Source: Candidatus Zymogenus saltonus (lineage in GTDB: Bacteria; Desulfobacterota; Zymogenia; Zymogenales; Zymogenaceae). From it: a stretch of 64,000 nt of DNA. Every line of letters starts with the position of its first letter. The stretch's first letter is position 1. Shown here piece after piece: positions 9,492 through 20,000 of this stretch. Location: assembly GCA_016929395.1 (NCBI GenBank), contig JAFGIX010000052.1:7151-71150 (forward strand). Direction: 5' to 3'. The notes beneath the pieces are model-generated. The model did no database searches. It was not told where the DNA came from and saw nothing but the letters and a program-made list of their open reading frames with translations. The translations under genes and the position numbers were made by a program.

Positions 9492-10289
9492 TCACCTCCC
9501 CTTGAACTTCGCCGGCCTCCTCTCGAAAAAGGCGGCGGCCCCCTCCCTCAAATCCTCGCTGTTCAGGGAATCCGTTATCATCTTTTCGATCTCCGGGTAG
9601 TCCTCCTCGGAGATTCCCTGGTGGGAAAGGAGCCTGTTGAATATATGCTTGTGCCCCTTGAGGGCCAGGGGGGCGTTCGATGCAATCTCCCTTGCCATCT
9701 CGTAGGTGAAGGCGCCAAGCTCCTCCCTCTTAACCAGATAGCTCACCATACCCATCTCCAACGCCCGCTCCACCTCGTAAAACCTACCGGTGAAGAAGAG
9801 CTCCTTGGCGTTTGCCAGCCCCACTACGTTGATGAATCTCTGTATCCCTCTGGGATGATAGACGAGGCCCAGCCTCGACGGGGGAATGCCCATCCTCGAC
9901 CCGACGGAGGCTATCCTGATGTCACACGTCACGGCCAGCTCGCACCCCGCCCCGAAGGCGTATCCGTCTATCATCGCAATGGTCGGATACCGAAAGTTCT
10001 CCACCGCATCGAGGCCTATCTCGAGGGGGCTCCTCTTCGCCAGCTCCTTCTTCTGCTCTTCCGAGAGCCCAGTAGGTATTTCGGCGATATCGTAGCCGGA
10101 GGAGAATGACCCCTCCCCCGCTCCCCTGAAAACCACGGTCCTCACCTCATCGTCCTTGGAAAGCTCCCCCAGATGCTCCGCAATCAAAAGCAGCATCTCG
10201 GGATTCAATGAATTTTTCCTCTCGGGGCGATTGAGAATTACGGTGGCCACAAACCCCTCCCTCTCTATGAGAATGGAATCGTTCGACAT
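9492..10289 (-). CDS. enoyl-CoA hydratase/isomerase (crotonase) family protein
   Basis: VATVILNRPERKNSL...FRGAGEGSFSSGYDI...GYAFGAGCELA crotonase motifs. Confidence 0.85.
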   Translation of the reverse strand: MSNDSILIEREGFVATVILNRPERKNSLNPEMLLLIAEHLGELSKDDEVRTVVFRGAGEGSFSSGYDIAEIPTGLSEEQKKELAKRSPLEIGLDAVENFRYPTIAMIDGYAFGAGCELAVTCDIRIASVGSRMGIPPSRLGLVYHPRGIQRFINVVGLANAKELFFTGRFYEVERALEMGMVSYLVKREELGAFTYEMAREIASNAPLALKGHKHIFNRLLSHQGISEEDYPEIEKMITDSLNSEDLREGAAAFFERRPAKFKGR

Positions 10290-10493
10290 CTTCGGTCTCC
10301 TGACAAGAAAATATTAAAACTCGGCGTCCAAACCTCAGCGATTGAAGACGATCTCAAACAGCCGTCATTCAAAACCAATATCACCAAAGACACAGAGGTG
10401 TCAACGGAATTTGTAAGAAACTTCTCACCTTCGCCCAGGGCGGCAAAAGAAAAAGGGGTGGAAATTAAATACTACCTTCGCTATAATGATAAC

Positions 10494-11246
10494 ATGATGA
10501 ACTTAAAATCAAAAAACCTACTTTTAATCACTCTCCTAATCTCCCTGACGCTCCTCCTGCCCCGATGCGCCCACGTCCCCCTGTACGACATCACGTCCTC
10601 CGTAGACCTCAAGAGCGGCGACCGCCTCTTCATCACGAGACTGAAGCACGGAACCTACAGGGCGAAGATAGTGACGGCCGAAGAGATCGTAGGGGAGAAG
10701 TTCGCCCGGACAAGGGAGATCCTCAAGGCCACAAAGGCCGACATCTGCCTCAACGGGAGCTTCTTCGAGCTGGACGGCTCCCCCAGCGGCCTCTTGATAA
10801 CAAACCGCGAGGAGAAAAACCCCTTCGTCCCCGGGGTGGGGGACGGCGTCCTCTTCACAGACAAAGACGGGGAGCTTCACCTTGTGTCCATAGAGGACTT
10901 TCTGAAATACGAAAACGACGACTTCGTGGACGCCGTTCAGCTAAACCTGCTGAGCGTAGACGACAACCTCCTCTACCGGTGGTGGCGGTGGTACGCCAAG
11001 GAGGTCCCCAGAAACCTCATCGGGATAAACGAGCGGGAGGTCGTTGACGTGATCTTCAAAAACACCAACCTGGTTTTGGGCGACGAATACATGAGGCACG
11101 TTCATAAATGCCGCGTCGTGGGGGCGCTGGACGGCGGCGGGAGCGCGTCCGCCGTCGACAGGCTCGGCAGGGGCAGCAGCGACGACGAAAGCTACGAGCG
11201 GCGCGAGGCCCGCGTCCCCATATTCATATTGATATACCTGAAGTGA
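10494..11246 (+). CDS. lipoprotein, phosphodiester glycosidase (DUF2233) family
   Basis: lipobox LLLPRC; LNGSFF ... ALDGGGS motifs. Confidence 0.6.
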   Translation: MMNLKSKNLLLITLLISLTLLLPRCAHVPLYDITSSVDLKSGDRLFITRLKHGTYRAKIVTAEEIVGEKFARTREILKATKADICLNGSFFELDGSPSGLLITNREEKNPFVPGVGDGVLFTDKDGELHLVSIEDFLKYENDDFVDAVQLNLLSVDDNLLYRWWRWYAKEVPRNLIGINEREVVDVIFKNTNLVLGDEYMRHVHKCRVVGALDGGGSASAVDRLGRGSSDDESYERREARVPIFILIYLK

Positions 11247-11294
11247 ATCGACACATCCCTCCCCTCACACCCCCAAAAAGACCAAATTTTTTTC

Positions 11295-11324
11295 TTGACA
11301 TGTCCCACCCTCACCCCATATAAT
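11295..11324 (+). promoter_or_regulatory. sigma-70 promoter TTGACA-N18-TATAAT (lexA)
   Basis: consensus -35 and -10 hexamers read directly. Confidence 0.6.
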
Positions 11325-11329
11325 GTTAC

Positions 11330-11343
11330 CCAACACCAGTTGG
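11330..11343 (+). promoter_or_regulatory. candidate LexA operator, palindrome CCAAC-N4-GTTGG
   Basis: perfect inverted repeat immediately downstream of -10 of the lexA promoter; Cheo-box-like (GAAC-N4-GTTC) architecture. Confidence 0.35.
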
Positions 11344-11378
11344 TCTATTTGACAAAACGCTATTGAGCCAATTTTAGT

Positions 11379-11475
11379 CCCTCAAGCTGAGGGTGTAGTG
11401 GAAAGATGGGAGTGGTGGCAAAACGGGGTTGGGGCCTTTTGGGGGTGGCAGAACGCTATTGGGGCACTTTCCGTC
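11379..11475 (+). repeat. G-rich repeat tract in lexA leader (GGTGGCARAACG..GGGG units; AACGCTATTG x2; CCCTCAAGCTGAGGG hairpin)
   Basis: direct repeats at 11356-11365 and 11452-11461; hairpin 11379-11393. Confidence 0.6.
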
Positions 11476-11522
11476 CCACTGAGCTTCCAATCAAAGAATT
11501 ACCATTGAAGGAGAATTTCCCT

Positions 11523-12254
11523 ATGACAGGCTCTTCGACAAAAAACAACCCCAAGGGGGCCGGGAGGCTCACCGACCGGCAGAGAGAGGCCCTTGACATC
11601 ATCCGCACCTTCATCGACAAGGAGGGCTACCCCCCCACCGTCAGGGAGCTGGCCGACACCATGGGGATATCGGGGCCGAAGGGGGCAAAAGAATACATGG
11701 ACATCCTCGAGCGAAAGGGCTACATCGAAAGGGTCCACCAGAGCCCGAGGGCGCTCAAGATCGTAGACCTAAAGCCCGGAGATACGGGCGCCGCCAGCGA
11801 GGGAGTAGAAATCGAGGGGGCAACGAGGCCGCCCCTGTGGCTCAGAGACATCCCTGTCATCGGGCGGGTGGCGGCGGGAGAGCCGATCACCGCCGTAGAG
11901 AACATCGAGGGATACTTCTCCCCCGACAACAGAAAGGACGACCTCTTCATGCTCAGGGTCAGGGGGGAGAGCATGATAGACGTCCACATCGCCCCGGGAG
12001 ACATGGTCCTGGTAAGGCCGCAGCAGCACGCCGAGAGCGGAGACATCGTGGTCGCCCTCCTTAACGGCGAGGCCACCGTAAAGCGCTACAAGATGGGGTC
12101 GGGGCGGGGGCCGGAGGGCGCCGGCGCGATGCTCTTTCCCGAAAACAGGGACATGAAGCCTATCGTCGTCGAGGGGGAGGACGACTTCTCCATCGTGGGG
12201 AAGGTCGTCGGCGTGGTGAGGGACATGGAGGGGGACCTTGTGGTCCCGGAATAG
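11523..12254 (+). CDS. lexA: LexA repressor
   Basis: wHTH N-domain (TDRQREALDIIRTF..YPPTVRELADTMG), S24 peptidase C-domain with Ser (GESM) and Lys (KRY) dyad; RBS GAAGGAGAA. Confidence 0.9.
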   Translation: MTGSSTKNNPKGAGRLTDRQREALDIIRTFIDKEGYPPTVRELADTMGISGPKGAKEYMDILERKGYIERVHQSPRALKIVDLKPGDTGAASEGVEIEGATRPPLWLRDIPVIGRVAAGEPITAVENIEGYFSPDNRKDDLFMLRVRGESMIDVHIAPGDMVLVRPQQHAESGDIVVALLNGEATVKRYKMGSGRGPEGAGAMLFPENRDMKPIVVEGEDDFSIVGKVVGVVRDMEGDLVVPE

Positions 12255-12326
12255 TGGAATTTCAAAAGAGAGGATGCGGGGCGATGGCCGAACCCAAAAG
12301 CACCGGCCGAGGCCCCAAAAAGATAG

Positions 12327-12578
12327 ATGGTCGTCACGATCGAGGAACAGATAAAGGTGGCCGCCGTCTTCGGCGGGGGAAAGGTGCTGCCGAGGTGGTT
12401 CGTGTGGCGCGGAAAAAAATACACGATAGCCGAGATCACCTACACATGGAAAGACAAGGAGGGAAAAGAAACCCGCCACCACTACGCCGTCACCGACGGC
12501 ATAAACCTCTACGAGCTCTGCTACATGGAGCACGACATGAGCTGGTACCTGGCGTCGGTGGAGATCGAGGGGAGATGA
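12327..12578 (+). CDS. hypothetical 83-aa protein downstream of lexA
   Basis: compact non-low-complexity ORF (MVVTIEEQIKVAAVFGGGKVLPRWFVWRGKKYTIAEITYTW...) in native GC context, co-directional with lexA. Confidence 0.45.
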   Translation: MVVTIEEQIKVAAVFGGGKVLPRWFVWRGKKYTIAEITYTWKDKEGKETRHHYAVTDGINLYELCYMEHDMSWYLASVEIEGR

Positions 12579-12677
12579 GGGGGAATAATCGGATTTATAT
12601 CTTGACATGAGGCAACTGGTGATATTAGACTAAGTTTAAGAAAAAGTTGCTTTATAAGATGTCCAGAGGACTCAATT

Positions 12678-13841
12678 ATGAAAAATCAATACAAAAAGAT
12701 TGAGTTGGAACTTAGAAGGGAACTCAATGGAAAGGAATTAAGTATATTGAAAGACCTTTCCGTTCGAATCCCCGAAGAGGATTTTTTTATAGAGCAAGCA
12801 AATGGCAATATAGTTTTAAACCTGAGAGCGCTGGACTTAAATAGTTTTGAGAGCATGGTTAAGGAATTGTCAACAAGATACCATTTGCAGGAAGATGACA
12901 ATCCGTTCCTTAAGATACGAGACAAGATACTGGCCATTGGAAGCTATGGTATTAAGGGTAAGAAGAGACTTTTTGTAGGTTATAACAAAGAAAGGAAAGT
13001 AAAGGACAGGACAAAAAAGGGAGAAGAAAGAGGCTTACATTACTATGCGATGGACGGAAATTTTAAAAAAAGGAATAATGAATTACCCGATGAATATGTA
13101 AATAGAATCATATGCGATGACAGTGAGGAGTTCCTTAAGCAGCTTCCAGAAAACAGTATCGATTTAGTATTTACCTCACCGCCGTACAATTTCGGCCTCG
13201 ATTACGACTCTGATGAGTCTGAAGATGGAGTGGACTGGCAAAAGTACTTTGATAAGCTTTTTGCGGTTTTTGATGAATGTATAAGGGTTCTAAAATATGG
13301 TGGCAGGATTATTGTGAACATCCAGCCACTTTTTTCCGATTATATTCCAAGTCATCATGTAATAAGTAACTTCTTTATGCAGAAAAAGCTAATCTGGAAA
13401 GGCGAAATCCTTTGGGAGAAAAACAACTACAATTGCAAGTACACCGCCTGGGGCAGCTGGAAAAGTCCCAGTAGCCCGTACCTGAAATACACATGGGAAT
13501 TTCTGGAGGTCTTTTGCAAGGGGACCTTAAAGAAGGAAGGTAAAACCGAAAACATAGATATCACAGGAGATGAATTTAAAAAGTGGGTTGTAAGTAAGTG
13601 GTCGATAGCCCCCGAAAGGAACATGAAAAAGTATGATCATCCGGCAATGTTCCCTGAAGAATTGGCAATAAGGGTCTTGAAGCTTTTTAGCTTTAAAAAT
13701 GACATCGTTTTGGATCCCTTTAACGGGGTGGGCACAACAACTGCAGTCGCAAGAAAGTTGCAAAGGCGTTATTTGGGAATAGATATTTCCGAAGAATATT
13801 GTCAAAGGGCGCAAGATAGAATAGGAGAGACGCTATTTTAA
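12678..13841 (+). CDS. DNA methyltransferase (beta-class amino-MTase, N4-cytosine or N6-adenine), with ~150-aa N-terminal extension
   Basis: DLVFTSPPY (motif IV) followed by DPFNGVGTT (motif I); low-GC island. Confidence 0.8.
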   Translation: MKNQYKKIELELRRELNGKELSILKDLSVRIPEEDFFIEQANGNIVLNLRALDLNSFESMVKELSTRYHLQEDDNPFLKIRDKILAIGSYGIKGKKRLFVGYNKERKVKDRTKKGEERGLHYYAMDGNFKKRNNELPDEYVNRIICDDSEEFLKQLPENSIDLVFTSPPYNFGLDYDSDESEDGVDWQKYFDKLFAVFDECIRVLKYGGRIIVNIQPLFSDYIPSHHVISNFFMQKKLIWKGEILWEKNNYNCKYTAWGSWKSPSSPYLKYTWEFLEVFCKGTLKKEGKTENIDITGDEFKKWVVSKWSIAPERNMKKYDHPAMFPEELAIRVLKLFSFKNDIVLDPFNGVGTTTAVARKLQRRYLGIDISEEYCQRAQDRIGETLF

Positions 13842-13842
13842 A

Positions 13843-14562
13843 TCAAACGTGTTTTCGCAGGATTTCTCTTATCGTGAATACCGCCTTATCTAAATTCTCC
13901 TTTTTCAGAGGTTTGTAAAATTCCGGTATATGTATGGGTTTGTCTACTTTTCTTTCACCTTCCAGTAAAGTAATTATGGTGGGGGTTATATCGAAATGTG
14001 ATATTAAAGTATGAGTCGATGGGCTGCCAAAGGTTACATCCTTTAATTTAGAATAGTCGCCCCCCAACTGACTTTCCAGCTGAATTAGAATCAAATCTAT
14101 ATTCGGATATGCTTCTTTTAATAGCGTAAAGTCAACGAGTATTCTCTTTAACATTGCATTTTCTGTGTACGCCTTGCATTCAATAGCGACAACAAATTTT
14201 TTGTCTATGTGTACATGTAAATCTGTTGAAAGGCCATAGTAGTGTCTTTTTATATTGTCTCTGATATACTGTCGTGTCTCTTCATTTTTTATCTTTTCAA
14301 TGTAATCCTTTTTGATGGGGATTTTTACTTTGCGTCTATCCATAAATATTCTTTCGTCGCTACCCCCTAATGTCTCCCACGCCAAAGACACCATTAAACC
14401 AGCGATTGCTTCCACCAGTTTACCCTTCCCCGCTCTTACTATTCCTCCGTAGGCCCTGTCATCAGAATGTTGCGCTTTTTCATCTATCCCTTTTACAACA
14501 ACTTCGTAGGCCTTGATTGCTTTTTCGATATCTTTTTCAATGCTTTTAAGACTTTCGTCCAT
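13843..14562 (-). CDS. type II restriction endonuclease (PD-(D/E)xK), putative partner of adjacent MTase
   Basis: HVHIDKKFVVAIECKAY = D...ExK catalytic core; convergent, tail-to-tail with MTase; same low-GC island. Confidence 0.6.
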   Translation of the reverse strand: MDESLKSIEKDIEKAIKAYEVVVKGIDEKAQHSDDRAYGGIVRAGKGKLVEAIAGLMVSLAWETLGGSDERIFMDRRKVKIPIKKDYIEKIKNEETRQYIRDNIKRHYYGLSTDLHVHIDKKFVVAIECKAYTENAMLKRILVDFTLLKEAYPNIDLILIQLESQLGGDYSKLKDVTFGSPSTHTLISHFDITPTIITLLEGERKVDKPIHIPEFYKPLKKENLDKAVFTIREILRKHV

Positions 14563-14682
14563 TTGCCTTAACCCCTATTTAAAAGGATAGTGGGTTTGAA
14601 TTATATATCATATAAATAGATATTGTCAAAAAATATGTAAATGAGATAACAACCATTTTGCAGCAACAAAAGGTAACCCCCC

Positions 14683-15969
14683 ATGCCCATCGACCTTGTA
14701 AAGAGCGCGTTCATAACGCCGAAGCTGAAAGGCCGGAAGATCACGGAGAACAGGTGCGTCCTCCATCTCGACATGGACGCCTTCTTCGCCCAGGTGGAGC
14801 AGGCCACGAACCCGGCCCTCAGGGGGAAGCCGATCGCCGTCGTCGGAAGCAAGAAGCGAACCGTCATCGTCACCTCCTCCTACGAGGCGAGAAAAAACGG
14901 CGTCAAGACCGGCATGACCATGGGCGAGGGGATGCGCGCCTGCCCTGAGTTGATTTTAGTTCCCGGAAACAACAGAAAGTACATCGACACGTCGGTAAAG
15001 ATCATGAAGATACTCAAGGAGTTCAGCCCGATGGTGGAGGTCTTTTCCATAGACGAGGCCTTCGCCGACCTGACGGGGTCTTTACGCCTCTTCGGGGGAA
15101 AGGAGGCGATCGGGAGACTCGTCAAGGAGAGAATAAGGGGGGAGCTAAACCTCACCTGCTCGGTGGGGATCGCCCCGAACAAGCTGATAGCGAAGCTCGC
15201 CAGCGACCTGAGAAAGCCGGACGGCCTGGTGATCGTAAACGACGGAGAAGTCCCGGCGCTCCTTGAAGACCTCCCCATCGAGGAGATCTGCGGCATCGGC
15301 AAAAAGATGGGAAAAAAGCTTCGCACCCTGGGGATCGGGACGATGGGGGAGCTCGGGAGATACCCGGCCCAGGTCCTCAAAAAGAAGTTCGGGATAATAG
15401 GGGAGCGCCTCCACTACATGGGCCTGGGCATAGACGAGAGCCCCGTCGTCCCCCTGGGGGACGAAGACCCGGCAAAGAGCATCGGCCACTCGATGACCTT
15501 TCCTGCTGACGTGGAAGAGCGCGAGGATATGAACCGCTACCTGCTGCTCCTCTCCGAGAAGGTGGGGAGAAGGGCCAGAAAACACGGCTGCTCCGGGCGC
15601 ACCGTCTACCTCTACGTCAGGTTCTCCGACTTTACCGGCACAGGCAAGAGGCAGACCGTCAAGAGCCCCGTAAACCTCGATTTCGATATATACTGCGTGG
15701 CGTCGAAGATCTTGGACACCATAGAGATCGAAAGGCCGGTGCGCCTTCTGGGGGTCAGCATCACCAACCTGGCATACAACGGAAAGCAGTTCCCCCTCTT
15801 CACCGGGGAACGCCGAGAATTTCTTCTGACGGACGCCATGGACAGCGTCAAGGACATCTACGGCGAGGACGCCCTGACCTACGCCACCGTGACGCAAAGG
15901 CAGATCGAGGCGGGGGTCATCTCCCCGGCGTGGCGGCCCCAAGGCCCGAGGCGCGTCGATCCCAAATAG
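14683..15969 (+). CDS. dinB: DNA polymerase IV
   Basis: LHLDMDAFFAQVE...KPIAV Y-family polymerase motifs, full length with little finger domain. Confidence 0.9.
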   Translation: MPIDLVKSAFITPKLKGRKITENRCVLHLDMDAFFAQVEQATNPALRGKPIAVVGSKKRTVIVTSSYEARKNGVKTGMTMGEGMRACPELILVPGNNRKYIDTSVKIMKILKEFSPMVEVFSIDEAFADLTGSLRLFGGKEAIGRLVKERIRGELNLTCSVGIAPNKLIAKLASDLRKPDGLVIVNDGEVPALLEDLPIEEICGIGKKMGKKLRTLGIGTMGELGRYPAQVLKKKFGIIGERLHYMGLGIDESPVVPLGDEDPAKSIGHSMTFPADVEEREDMNRYLLLLSEKVGRRARKHGCSGRTVYLYVRFSDFTGTGKRQTVKSPVNLDFDIYCVASKILDTIEIERPVRLLGVSITNLAYNGKQFPLFTGERREFLLTDAMDSVKDIYGEDALTYATVTQRQIEAGVISPAWRPQGPRRVDPK

Positions 15970-16009
15970 CGCGGCTCAATCCGCCCCTCCTTGTAAAAGA
16001 GAGCCGTAT

Positions 16010-16042
16010 CCGGAAGAAGGCGGTTTTTTTCCGGTTTTTGTT
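16010..16042 (+). terminator. rho-independent terminator after dinB
   Basis: CCGGAA..TTCCGG stem followed by TTTTTGTTG. Confidence 0.4.
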
Positions 16043-16145
16043 GACTGCGGAACAATTATCTAATATATTTTAACCTTAAAGTAATATCGCGAAAATATTA
16101 AATTCCATACACCCATCAAAAAATTATTACTATGGGGCCGCCAAT

Positions 16146-16880
16146 ATGAACTATATGAAGCTTATAAAAGGCGATAAAAGAAGGATTTCGATCCTTGCCG
16201 TAAGCGCCCTTTTTGTCCTTCTCCTCACAACCAACGCCTTCCCGAAGAGTCCCCTCGAGACGGGAAACCAGATCATAGCCGAGAGGGCCGATGAGCTTAT
16301 CAAGGGAGGGGGAAAGGCGGAGACCTACGCATACGGGGCGATAGCCGATAACGATAACAACCGGAATATGTTCCGCATACCCGCCCTCATCTCCGAGCTT
16401 ACGGGTCTTGATTTCGTGCCCCTGGCGATCATCGAACATATAGGGAGCGACATAGTCCTGTACGCCACGGTTGCCGGACTCCCGGACGACCTTAGGGGCA
16501 AGGAAGATGCGGTCAAGATACTGGCGAGGAGGCAGCTCAAACACTTCGAACGGACATATTACGACTCCTACTTCAAAGAGTTGAAGGGGGAAGATCACCT
16601 CACGTTTTCCAACGCCGCGGCAAAAGAGGTCTCCGAGGCCTTCACAGCCGAGTACGGCGACCTGACAGCCTCAGATCCCGAAAGCCTCGGGAGGAAATAC
16701 CCCACGGCCAAAGAGGCGTCGGAGCTGACCGGTATAGATATCTCGGCCCTTTCGAGGATCAGGGCCTTCGGTGGACTGGAGAGCCTCTTGAAGTTTCTGA
16801 GCCTCCTCCCGGAAGACCTGCCCGGCAGGGACAAGGCGATAAAGGTTGTTGCCAAGGAGAAGAGAAAGGCCGGCTTTTAA
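16146..16880 (+). CDS. secreted hypothetical protein (signal peptide; C-terminal HhH-like region)
   Basis: N-terminal signal peptide; no confident family assignment. Confidence 0.5.
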   Translation: MNYMKLIKGDKRRISILAVSALFVLLLTTNAFPKSPLETGNQIIAERADELIKGGGKAETYAYGAIADNDNNRNMFRIPALISELTGLDFVPLAIIEHIGSDIVLYATVAGLPDDLRGKEDAVKILARRQLKHFERTYYDSYFKELKGEDHLTFSNAAAKEVSEAFTAEYGDLTASDPESLGRKYPTAKEASELTGIDISALSRIRAFGGLESLLKFLSLLPEDLPGRDKAIKVVAKEKRKAGF

Positions 16881-17085
16881 TTTTTGATTTCCCCCCTTGC
16901 CTTGTTCGCAAGTGGTTTAGCTCTATGTTATCTATTGTTAATTCGGTCTCTTTAAATTGGGCTTCCGATATTGAAGTCAGCGGGTCCTCGAAGCTCATCG
17001 GGACCTGGTTTTTATTTGGGCCGGGTTTCTGATTTGTTTTTTTAATGTTCGAACTCAATAGATACTTTAAAATGAGAGACGGTAT

Positions 17086-20000
17086 ATGGAACGCAGGGCA
17101 CACAGAATAGAGGTAGGCCTTAGGCGCCGGTTCAAGGACGCCCTGGGCGACAAGATGAAAAAGAGGATCGCCGAAGACCTCAAGATCGACGTCGACTCCG
17201 TAAAGACGATAAACGTCTACACCATCGACGCCGACTTCAAAGATAGCGAGCTAACGAAGATCGCCGAAAACCTCCTCGTCGATCCTATCGTGGAGACCTA
17301 CTCGATCGACTCCCCCTTGGGCGCTCTATGGGGCGAGTTCGATTTCGCCGTGGAGGTCTCGTATCTCCCGGGGGTCACCGACAACGTGGGGAGGACGGCG
17401 ACCGAGGGCATAAAGCTCATCTTTCCGGGGAGTCTCGGCAAAAAGGAGAAGGCCTACTCCTCCGTCCAATACCTCATCTCCGGCAAAATAGACAAAGACG
17501 ATGCTGAGACGATAGCGAAGAAGCTCCTGGGAAACGGCCTAATCCAGAGGTTCACCATTTTGGACGAAGGCAACTTCAAAAAGTCGGACGGGATTCTCCC
17601 CTACGTCCCCAAGGTCACCGGCGCCCACACAAACGAGGTAAGGGGCGTTAAACTTGACGTTAGCGACGACGAGCTTATGAAGATAAGCAGGGAAGGTGTC
17701 CTGGCGCTGTCGCTCGAGGAGATGAAGGAGATTCAATCTTACGTCCACGACAATAAGGTCGTTGCGGGAAGGGAAAGAGCCGGGCTGGGAAATATGGTCA
17801 CGGATGTGGAGCTGGAGGCGTTGGCCCAGACCTGGTCGGAGCACTGCAAGCACAAGATATTCAACGCCGATATAGACTACGTGGATGACGGTAAGACAGA
17901 AAAGATCACGAGCCTCTTTGACACGTATATCAAGGGGGCCACCAAGAAGATCAGGAAGAAAAAGGGGCGCAAAGATTTTTGCCTCTCCGTCTTCGTTGAC
18001 AACGCCGGGGTTATAAGCTTCAACGAAGACCACAACCTCGTCTTCAAGGTGGAGACACACAACAGCCCCTCCGCCCTCGATCCCTACGGCGGGGCACTGA
18101 CGGGGATCGTCGGGGTGAACAGGGACCCCTTCGGGACGGGGATGGGGGCCAGGCTCATCTTCAACACCGATGTCTTCTGCTTTGCAGACCCAAACTTCAA
18201 GGGGGACATCCCCCCTAGGCTCCTCCACCCGAAGAGGGTCTACGAGGGGGTGAGGGAGGGGGTGGAGCACGGCGGAAACAAGAGCGGCATCCCGACGGTA
18301 AACGGGACGATCGTATTCGACGACCGCTTTCTGGGAAAGCCCCTCGTATACTGCGGCACGGGGGGGATAATGCCGAAGAAAGTGGGCAACCGCCCCTCCC
18401 ACAAGAAGCGCGCCCGGGTGGGCGACAAGATCGTCATGACCGGCGGCCGCATCGGCGCCGACGGCATCCACGGCGCGACCTTCTCATCGGAGGAGCTTCA
18501 CGAGGGCTCCCCGGCAACGGCGGTCCAGATAGGCGACCCGATAACCCAGAAGCGAATGACCGACATGCTCCTCGTCGCCAGAGACCTCGGCCTCTACAAC
18601 GCCATAACCGACAACGGCGCCGGCGGCCTCTCATCGTCGGTGGGCGAGATGGCAAGGGACACCGGCGGGTGCATCCTCCACCTCGAGAGGGCGCCCCTCA
18701 AGTACGAAGGTCTTCGTCCCTGGGAGATCCTCCTCTCGGAGGCTCAGGAGAGAATGACGCTTGCCGTCCCCCCGGATAAGCTCGACAGTTTCCTCGATCT
18801 GGCCGAGAGGATGGACGTGGAGGCGACTGTCCTTGGGGAATACACCGACTCCGGCAAATTCCACATCCTCTTCGAGGGGAAGACAGCGGCGTACCTCGAC
18901 ATGGACTTCCTCCACGAAGGGAATCCGAAGATGAAGCTCACGGCCAAGTGGACCCCCCCGAAACACCCGGAGCCGGGAGAGAGTGACCTTCCTCTTCCGG
19001 AAGACCTGAACGATGCACTGTTGAAGCTGCTGGGGAGGCTCAACGTTGCCAGCAAGGAGTCGGTCGTCCGCCAGTACGACCATGAGGTACAGGGGACGAG
19101 CGTCATAAAGCCTCTTGTTGGTATTAAAGACGACGGCCCCTCCGACGCCGCCGTGCTGACCCCGGTTCTGGGGAAAAGGGAGGGGGTAGTCGTATCGAGC
19201 GGCATCTGCCCGAAGTTCTCAGACATCGACACCTACCGGATGGCAAAGATCGCCGTGGACGAGGCGGTCAGAAACGCGGTCGCCGTGGGCGGAAACATCG
19301 ACTACATGGCGGGCCTCGACAACTTCTGCTGGTGCGACCCGGTGAAGAGCGAAAAGACCCCGGACGGCGAGCACAAGCTCGCCCAGCTCGTTAGGGCGAA
19401 CAGGGGCCTCTACGACATAACGACCCACTACGGGATACCGATGATCTCGGGAAAGGACAGCATGAAGAACGACTACATGATCGGGGAGACAAAGATATCT
19501 ATCCCCCCAACGATCCTCTTTTCCATCATCGGAAGGATCGACGACGTGACCAGGTGCGTCACCATGGACGTCAAGAGCGGCGGCGATCTCGTCTATGTCC
19601 TTGGGATTACCAAAGAGGAGATGGGAGGGAGCGAATACTTCGCTCATCACGGATTTATCGGAAACTCGGTCCCGACTGTGGACGAGAGGTCAAACCTCCT
19701 CCTCTACCGCGCCCTTTACAAGGCGATTCGGGCCCGCCTCGTCAGGTCGTGCCACGACGTCTCCGACGCCGGGCTCGGGGCGGCGCTGGCCGAGAGCGCC
19801 TTCTCCGGCGAGCTGGGGATGGAGATAGACCTGAAATCCGTTCCAAGAGAGGGCGTCACGAGGGACGACTACCTCCTCTTCTCCGAGTCCCAGGGGAGGT
19901 TTGTAGTGACCGTAAGGCCCAAGGACGCATCGAGCTTCGAGAGGGTTGTTAAAAAGTCGGGCTTTGCCCGCGTGGGGATTGTAACCGAGGAGAAACGCCT

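Noticed and set aside
11769-12608. 279-aa minus-strand ORF
   Set aside because: Antisense to lexA and the 83-aa ORF; Pro/Arg/His-rich.
12254-12610. 118-aa Arg-rich ORF overlapping the 83-aa ORF
   Set aside because: Extreme basic low-complexity composition; the other frame looks protein-like.
14563-14682. SOS box upstream of dinB
   Set aside because: No CCAAC-N4-GTTGG, CTGT-N8-ACAG or GAAC-N4-GTTC found; the region is island-derived AT-rich sequence, only a short TTGCAGCAA palindrome.
15145-15942. 265-aa minus-strand ORF
   Set aside because: Antisense shadow of dinB.
17539-18471. 310-aa minus-strand ORF and several others within purL
   Set aside because: Antisense shadows within a long, well-conserved gene.
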